In this document: one piece after another, positions 57,352-64,000 of the stretch
Numbering within the stretch: the stretch's first letter is position 1
Layout of the letters: each line of letters starts with the position of its first letter
DNA from: Candidatus Levyibacteriota bacterium
Lineage (GTDB): Bacteria > Patescibacteriota > Microgenomatia > Levybacterales > UBA12049
Length of the DNA: 64,000 bases
Assembly (NCBI GenBank): GCA_038205015.1
Contig: JBBRCK010000001.1
Coordinates: 51,862-115,861, forward strand
Direction of reading: 5' to 3'
Translations under genes and position numbers: made by a program
The notes under the pieces: generated by a model
What the model was told of the DNA's origin: nothing
Seen by the model: only the letters and a program-made list of their open reading frames with translations
Databases searched by the model: none

Positions 57352-57537
57352 ATGGTAGTAGTTAAAAAAATGCCAGGGGATAGTGACGAAGCACTGATCA
57401 GGAAATTTTCAAGAAAGGTTATGTCGGAGGGGATTTTACAGGAAGCGAAAAGAAGAGAATTCTATCTTAAGCCTTCAGCAGCCAGAAAACAAAAAGCAGA
57501 AGATTTAAGGCGCATGAAGAAAATGCCCACCACTTAA
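57352..57537 (+). CDS. rpsU: 30S ribosomal protein S21
   Basis: 61 aa; strong SD AAAGGAGGTG upstream; basic C-terminus. Confidence 0.8.
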   Translation: MVVVKKMPGDSDEALIRKFSRKVMSEGILQEAKRREFYLKPSAARKQKAEDLRRMKKMPTT

Positions 57538-57542
57538 GACTT

Positions 57543-57929
57543 ATGGATAAAGTTTCCGTTCTTATTTTTGTCGAATCAAGATACAAAATAAACAGAAAAC
57601 GCATTAAAAAAACTGTCGAGAAAGTAATCGATAAAAATGAAATTACAGGACCGATAGAAGTTTCTATTGCAATTGTTGGTGATAGAAAAATGCGGGAACT
57701 TTCCAGGAAATATAAAGGGGAAGATAAAACCAGAAACATTCTCTCTTTCTCGCAAAGAGAGGGCGAAGAGCTGGTGGTTCCAAAAGATGTGTTAAGACTT
57801 GGAGACATTGTTTTGTCTTTTCCGCAAGTCATAAATGATGCGGTAAGAGATGAAGTTTTGGTAGACGATAAAGTTGATGAATTGATAGAACATGGATTAA
57901 TGCATTTATTGGGATTGCATCATGATTAA
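57543..57929 (+). CDS. ybeY: Endoribonuclease YbeY (rRNA maturation)
   Basis: HGLMHLLGLHH H3xH5xH motif. Confidence 0.8.
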   Translation: MDKVSVLIFVESRYKINRKRIKKTVEKVIDKNEITGPIEVSIAIVGDRKMRELSRKYKGEDKTRNILSFSQREGEELVVPKDVLRLGDIVLSFPQVINDAVRDEVLVDDKVDELIEHGLMHLLGLHHD

Positions 57930-57939
57930 GTGAAACGAT

Positions 57940-59385
57940 ATGGTTTTTTATAGAAAATATAGACCTCAAAAAATAGACGAGTTAGATAACGAAGTAGTAA
58001 GGCAAAGTCTTTATTCGATTTTTTCAAAAGGTAATTTTCCCCATGCATTTCTTTTTACCGGACCAAAAGGTTTAGGAAAAACATCAGCCGCCAGAATTAT
58101 TGCTAAAGTGATAAACTGCGAAAAGCATAAAGGATTAAAAGGTTTAAGAGCGGAAAAAGAAATCGAGCCGGATAATAAATGTGAGCAATGCATCTCAATT
58201 ACTAACGGAAACAACTTTGATGTTTTGGAAATTGACGGAGCATCAAATAGAGGAATTGATGAGATAAGAGATCTTAGAGAAAAAATAAAACTGGCCCCAT
58301 TTAAAGCTACCACAAAAATTTATATTATTGATGAGGTTCATATGTTAACAACCGAAGCTTTTAATGCACTTTTAAAAACTTTAGAAGAACCACCAAGCCA
58401 TGCTGTATTTATTCTTTGTACAACCGAAGTTCAAAAAGTTCCGGCGACTATTCTTTCCAGATGCTTTAGAGTTAATTTTACCAGAGCTACGTCAGAGGAA
58501 TTGGTCAGGTCTTTTTCAAGAATTGTTAAGGAAGAAGAGATAAAAATAGACAAGGATGCATTAATAGAAATTGCAAGACTTTCTGACGGAAGTTTTAGAG
58601 ATGGAGTGAAGCTTTTGGAGGAGGTTTCTGTTTTCGCCGGACGAAAAAATATAACCAAGGAATTGGTAGATGAAAAATATAACAGTCAGGGAGTTGGAGA
58701 AAACGCTTCACAAATGCTTTCTAACTTATTTGAAAAAAATACCAAGAAAGCGTTAGGTATTTGCAGAGAACTTACTAAGCAGGGAATGGATTATAAGTTT
58801 TTTATTGAAGAACTAATTGAAAGATTGCATTTAATGCTTTTAATAGAAGCAGGAGTTGAGAAAGGAGAAAAAGAAGTTAATTTTTCACTTTCCGAAATTA
58901 AACAGCTTTTTGAAATTTTATCCTCGGCTTATCAGGAAACTAAATTTGCAATTTTACCTCAAATCCCATTAGAGTTGGCAATTTTAGAATGGACCGGAAA
59001 AAACGAAACAAATGCGCTGGGGTTGGATTCTGAGTCCGATGAGTCTTCAGATGCAAGTACCCCTGCAAAAATCGGGGTAGGGTCGTCATCGGTGATTACA
59101 GTGAAAACGTCATCTCATCAAAATCCTCCCCGTGCAGAAAACGTATTCTTTGTTAATCTAATTAACGAGGTAAAAAAACATAATAATCTTTTAGCAGGAG
59201 TATTGCGTGGATGTAGTGCAAATGAGATAAAAAATGGAAATTTAGAGATTGTTGCTCGTTCGAAATTCCATAAAGAAAAATTAGAAGAGGATAAGGCAAT
59301 TACAATTCTTGAAGATTCGTGCAAAGAAATAACAGGTAAGAAAATAAATGTTAGAATATTATTAGGAGGTGATTTAAATGAATAA
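57940..59385 (+). CDS. dnaX: DNA polymerase III subunit gamma/tau
   Basis: AAA+ Walker A GPKGLGKTS, zinc module CEKH..C.QC, sensor motifs. Confidence 0.85.
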   Translation: MVFYRKYRPQKIDELDNEVVRQSLYSIFSKGNFPHAFLFTGPKGLGKTSAARIIAKVINCEKHKGLKGLRAEKEIEPDNKCEQCISITNGNNFDVLEIDGASNRGIDEIRDLREKIKLAPFKATTKIYIIDEVHMLTTEAFNALLKTLEEPPSHAVFILCTTEVQKVPATILSRCFRVNFTRATSEELVRSFSRIVKEEEIKIDKDALIEIARLSDGSFRDGVKLLEEVSVFAGRKNITKELVDEKYNSQGVGENASQMLSNLFEKNTKKALGICRELTKQGMDYKFFIEELIERLHLMLLIEAGVEKGEKEVNFSLSEIKQLFEILSSAYQETKFAILPQIPLELAILEWTGKNETNALGLDSESDESSDASTPAKIGVGSSSVITVKTSSHQNPPRAENVFFVNLINEVKKHNNLLAGVLRGCSANEIKNGNLEIVARSKFHKEKLEEDKAITILEDSCKEITGKKINVRILLGGDLNE

Positions 59386-59665
59386 TCCATTTTCTCAACT
59401 TGGAGACCTTAAGAAAATGAGAGATCAAGCTATGCAAATTCAAAAAGAATTGCAGGCAGAAGAAGTGAGCGTTGAAAAAAACGGTGTTGAAATTGTTATA
59501 ACCGGTGACCAAAAAATAAAAGAAATAAAAACAAATGGAAAGGGAGACAACGATATTAAAGATGCAATTAATGAAGCAATTAAAAAATCTCAAGAAATTG
59601 CTGCAAGAAAATTAGCATCAATGCAAGGCGGACTTTCCGGACTTTTAGGTGGCGGGGGACAATAA
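59378..59665 (+). CDS. ybaB: Nucleoid-associated protein YbaB/EbfC
   Basis: 95 aa; conserved position after dnaX; overlaps the dnaX stop. Confidence 0.8.
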   Translation: MNNPFSQLGDLKKMRDQAMQIQKELQAEEVSVEKNGVEIVITGDQKIKEIKTNGKGDNDIKDAINEAIKKSQEIAARKLASMQGGLSGLLGGGGQ

Positions 59666-59712
59666 ATTTCTAAATCTTGCTTCAACAATACGATAAATAG
59701 TAAAATAATCTT

Positions 59713-60612
59713 ATGAAGGTTTTTAGTGGAAATTCAAATAAAAATCTGGCTTTAAAAATTGTCAAAAATTTAAAGCTTGAGCTTTCTCCAGTTGAAATTT
59801 TTCTTTTTCCGGACGGCGAGAAACGAATTAGAATTCAGGAAAAAGTTTTAGGACAAGATTGCTTAGTAATTCAGTCTGCCAGCACTCCTCCTGATGAAAA
59901 TTACATGGAGCTTTTTATAATGATTGATGCCTTAAAAAGAAGCGGAGCAAAATCTATTAAGGTATTAATTCCATATTTAGGTTATCAAAGACAAGACCAT
60001 GTTTTCCGAGATGGTGAAGCGGTATCTTTGGATGTTATTGCTAATATCTTAACAACGGTTGGGATGACCGAAGGGTATTCATTCGATTTGCACTCACCAA
60101 AAATTCCGGAAATCTTTTCAGTTCCAATGCATTTCTTATCAGCATTATCTATTTTTGTTGAAAAGATTAAAAAAGATTTTAAATTAGATGAGATTGTTTT
60201 AGTTTCTCCCGACATGGGAGGAATAAGAAGGATTAAAGAAGTATCAGAGATGTTGGGAAATCTTCCTTACGCAACAATAAATAAAGACCGAGATTTATCA
60301 AGCGGAGAGATTAGCGATTCCGGTTTAGATGGAGACGTAAGAGAGAAAATTGCGATAATTGTTGATGATATGATTTCAACGGGAAAAACAATGGTGGAAG
60401 CGGCAGAACTATTGATTGAAAATGGTGCAACAAAAGTTTATGTTTTCGCAACACATGCTGTTTTGGCCAAAGACGCTTCGAAACTCCTGCAGCATTCAAG
60501 AATTGAAAGAGTTATAGTCGCAGACACAATAGATGTTCCGGGTTTTAAGCAGTTTCCTAAGCTTGAAGTACTTTCTATTGCCCATATTGCTGCAGAAGCT
60601 TTAAAATCCTAA
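59713..60612 (+). CDS. prs: Ribose-phosphate pyrophosphokinase
   Basis: PRPP-binding loop IIVDDMISTGKT and N-terminal Prs domain. Confidence 0.85.
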   Translation: MKVFSGNSNKNLALKIVKNLKLELSPVEIFLFPDGEKRIRIQEKVLGQDCLVIQSASTPPDENYMELFIMIDALKRSGAKSIKVLIPYLGYQRQDHVFRDGEAVSLDVIANILTTVGMTEGYSFDLHSPKIPEIFSVPMHFLSALSIFVEKIKKDFKLDEIVLVSPDMGGIRRIKEVSEMLGNLPYATINKDRDLSSGEISDSGLDGDVREKIAIIVDDMISTGKTMVEAAELLIENGATKVYVFATHAVLAKDASKLLQHSRIERVIVADTIDVPGFKQFPKLEVLSIAHIAAEALKS

Positions 60613-60613
60613 G

Positions 60614-61219
60614 ATGATAATACCTAAGGCAATCCAAAATTTAATAGAATCGTTTGAAAAACTTCCTGGCGTTGGTCCAAAAACAGCCCAACGATTAACA
60701 TTTTATCTTCTACATGTTCCTCAAGTTGAGCTTGATAAATTTGCAAGTTCGTTACAAAATCTTAAAACAAACACAATTATTTGTTCAAACTGTTTTATGA
60801 TTGATGAAGAAAATCCCTGCAGTATTTGTCAAGATAGTCAAAGAGATAAAAGCACCATTTGTGTTGTTGAGGAGCCTTTAGATGTTTTGGCTTTAGAAAA
60901 AGGCAGGGGATTTAAGGGTTTATATCATGTTTTGCACGGTAAAATTGACCCTTTAAACAATATTGGCCCCGATGAAATTTATATATCACATCTTTTAAAG
61001 CGTGTAAAAACATCCCAAGAAGTTAAAGAAGTGATTTTAGCAACTAATCCGACCATGGAGGGAGAGGGAACGGCAATGTATATAGCCAAGCAGCTCAAAA
61101 TCCAAAATCCTGATCTCAAAATTTCCCGAATCGGGCGGGGTTTGCCTGTGGGAGCTGATTTAGAGTATGCTGATGATGTGACGTTGCAAAGAGCAATGGA
61201 AGGAAGGAGCACTTATTAA
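60614..61219 (+). CDS. recR: Recombination protein RecR
   Basis: HhH LPGVGPKTAQR, C4 zinc finger, Toprim. Confidence 0.85.
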   Translation: MIIPKAIQNLIESFEKLPGVGPKTAQRLTFYLLHVPQVELDKFASSLQNLKTNTIICSNCFMIDEENPCSICQDSQRDKSTICVVEEPLDVLALEKGRGFKGLYHVLHGKIDPLNNIGPDEIYISHLLKRVKTSQEVKEVILATNPTMEGEGTAMYIAKQLKIQNPDLKISRIGRGLPVGADLEYADDVTLQRAMEGRSTY

Positions 61220-61766
61220 TGGACATGCCTAATATACAATTTGGGGAATTGTTGGAAAAGGGACAAAGTGCGGCTTCGGATGCTGCTAAAACAGCCGTTT
61301 CGGATGTAGTAGGTTCGGCCTCAGGTCAAATTGGCATTAAAAACGAAGCAAATGCTACTCAAGTTCAAAATCAAATTCAACAACAAGGTCAGCCTCAAGA
61401 ACAAATTTCTACTCCCTCACAGTCTCAAACAAATAATGAATTTACAAATGAGATGGTAAAAGAATTTTATGCGCCTTCTTCAGGCACTCCCCAGTATTCA
61501 CTTGCTGAGCAAAACCAACCAATTGAGGAGCAAAAGCTTGCTCAAATAAGACAAAAGCTGCATCAGGAGCAGCATAATGAGGTTTATTTTAATGCAGTAC
61601 TAAATGCGGATGCTCCTAAAAAACAGCAGGAAGAAAGACCGGCCGAAAGGGTAGAAAGACAAGAAATGGAAGACTTGCAGGATCAAAGAAAAAAACAAGA
61701 AGACTTGCCAACAGCAGTTACGAGAGCACAAACGCATACGGAAGTTAGTCCGGGAATTGCAGGATA

Positions 61767-61767
<1 letters not shown>
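61219..61767 (+). CDS. Hypothetical Gln/Glu-rich protein
   Basis: 182-aa ORF translationally coupled between recR and cysS. Confidence 0.4.
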
Positions 61768-63064
<1,297 letters not shown>

Positions 63065-63068
<4 letters not shown>

Positions 63069-63412
63069 GCCACATTTGCTTTTTCGCTTGCAGGAGTTGT
63101 TGCTACCGGTTGATGGTCTTTAATATTTATTATTCCCGGAACTTCTTGTGTTGGTTGAAGAATAGGTTTTACTTCTGGAGAAGCTGTTGGTAATGGAGCT
63201 TGACTTCTTTCAGCTTCTGCAAGTTGATTTCTTAATTCTCTAAGTCTATTGGCATCTGCAGGATTTTTGTAATCTCTTCCTTGAGCCATCTGTGTTTCTA
63301 AGTTTGCAACGTCTATTTTTAACTCGTCTGTGCTTAATTTAGGAGTAACCGGTACTTCTGCTTTTTTTCCTCTGAAACGTTCCGTAAATCCACTAATAAA
63401 ACTCATATACAC
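63065..63412 (-). CDS. Hypothetical protein
   Basis: 115-aa ORF. Confidence 0.35.
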
Positions 63413-63452
63413 AGCGTATAGTAGTTATTGTAAGCTTGTCAAGAAGAGAAAA

Positions 63453-63764
63453 TTATCTTTCTAGTTTTTTTCTTGCTTCTAAAATTGGGGTAATACGGTC
63501 AACGTAGTTAGGATTTAGTCCTTTCCATCTCTGTTCTCCTGCGTCACTAATTCCTTGAGCAACTAAAATAATCTGATCTCTTGTAATTCTGTCCTCATGT
63601 TCGCCTATTAAGTTAATTTGGGGTTGACTTTCCATTACTAAAGACAGAGCATATTCTGACCTCAAGCCTTCACGTAAGGCTTTTATTCCAGTTAACATTC
63701 TAATAACTTTATATATAGATATTGTTTCAGTTGCTGGAGTGTGTTTTAATAATTCGTTTTGCAT
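63453..63764 (-). CDS. Hypothetical protein
   Basis: 103-aa ORF. Confidence 0.35.
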   Translation of the reverse strand: MQNELLKHTPATETISIYKVIRMLTGIKALREGLRSEYALSLVMESQPQINLIGEHEDRITRDQIILVAQGISDAGEQRWKGLNPNYVDRITPILEARKKLER

Positions 63765-63766
63765 AA

Positions 63767-63982
63767 TTAACTTTGTATTAATTTTCCCCTTGAATTATCG
63801 TCAAATTTAGGTCCAATAGGCTCAGGCATGCCTCTTAAATCCCCTGGGCATACAGATGGCCTTGAATATATTGTTCTCATACCTATTTCGTCTTGCGTAA
63901 CAATGTCTTGAGAGGGTACTTCCGGTGTTGCCGCCTGGTCCCTTGAATTTACATAGTCAACATTAGCCATAACTCCACCCAA
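63767..63982 (-). CDS. Hypothetical protein (N-terminus may extend beyond the annotated start)
   Basis: 71-aa ORF near the window edge. Confidence 0.3.
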   Translation of the reverse strand: MGGVMANVDYVNSRDQAATPEVPSQDIVTQDEIGMRTIYSRPSVCPGDLRGMPEPIGPKFDDNSRGKLIQS

Positions 63983-64000
63983 AAAATCCCCGTCGTAATC

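Overview
The window is AT-rich (about 36-38% GC) and densely packed with small genes. Many proteins are Lys/Ile/Asn-rich and have short forms (short EF-Ts, ProRS apparently without the INS domain), and several TATAAT boxes sit only ~8 nt before start codons. The gene content and the intron-containing 16S gene look like a streamlined Candidate Phyla Radiation (Patescibacteria)-type bacterium; this is inference.

Most of the window is housekeeping. It carries a split secE-nusG-rplK / rpmG-tRNA-Trp region, with a thrU-tyrU-(gap)-thrT-like tRNA array between the two halves. Other operons are def-fmt, mreB with a separated mreC-mreD-PBP2, topA, a complete dCTP-to-dTMP cluster (dcd, dcd-like, Nudix, thyA, folA, glyA), rpsB-tsf-frr-rseP, rpsU-ybeY-dnaX-ybaB-prs-recR-cysS, plus proS, ddl, gdh, uppS and galU.

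The features most worth a second look are these:
- The 16S rRNA gene is interrupted near its 3' end by a ~723-nt group-I-like intron that encodes a double-motif LAGLIDADG homing endonuclease. The gene is flanked by its own promoter-like element and a rho-independent terminator, with no 23S or 5S gene in the 34 kb downstream.
- A second, unrelated LAGLIDADG-like ORF sits inside the tRNA array exactly where tRNA-Gly would be expected, and it overlaps the 5' end of tRNA-Thr(GGU).
- A decayed 5' fragment of a SpoU-type methyltransferase paralog lies between two unknown genes, one of them a 421-aa HExxH putative metalloprotease. The fragment's first codons resemble the start of a nearby class-I methyltransferase gene, which points to old segmental duplication and recombination.
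- A 6-kb minus-strand locus encodes a 1120-aa GC-elevated, Cys/Thr/Gly-rich secreted adhesin-like protein (SdrD-B / Cna-B-like repeats) and four small membrane-anchored or lipoprotein unknowns. Two of the small genes share a perfect 20-nt direct repeat.
- Several pairs of unknown ORFs have a non-host-like amino-acid composition (Arg/Ala/Glu/Val-rich).

No CRISPR array, transposase or integrase was seen.
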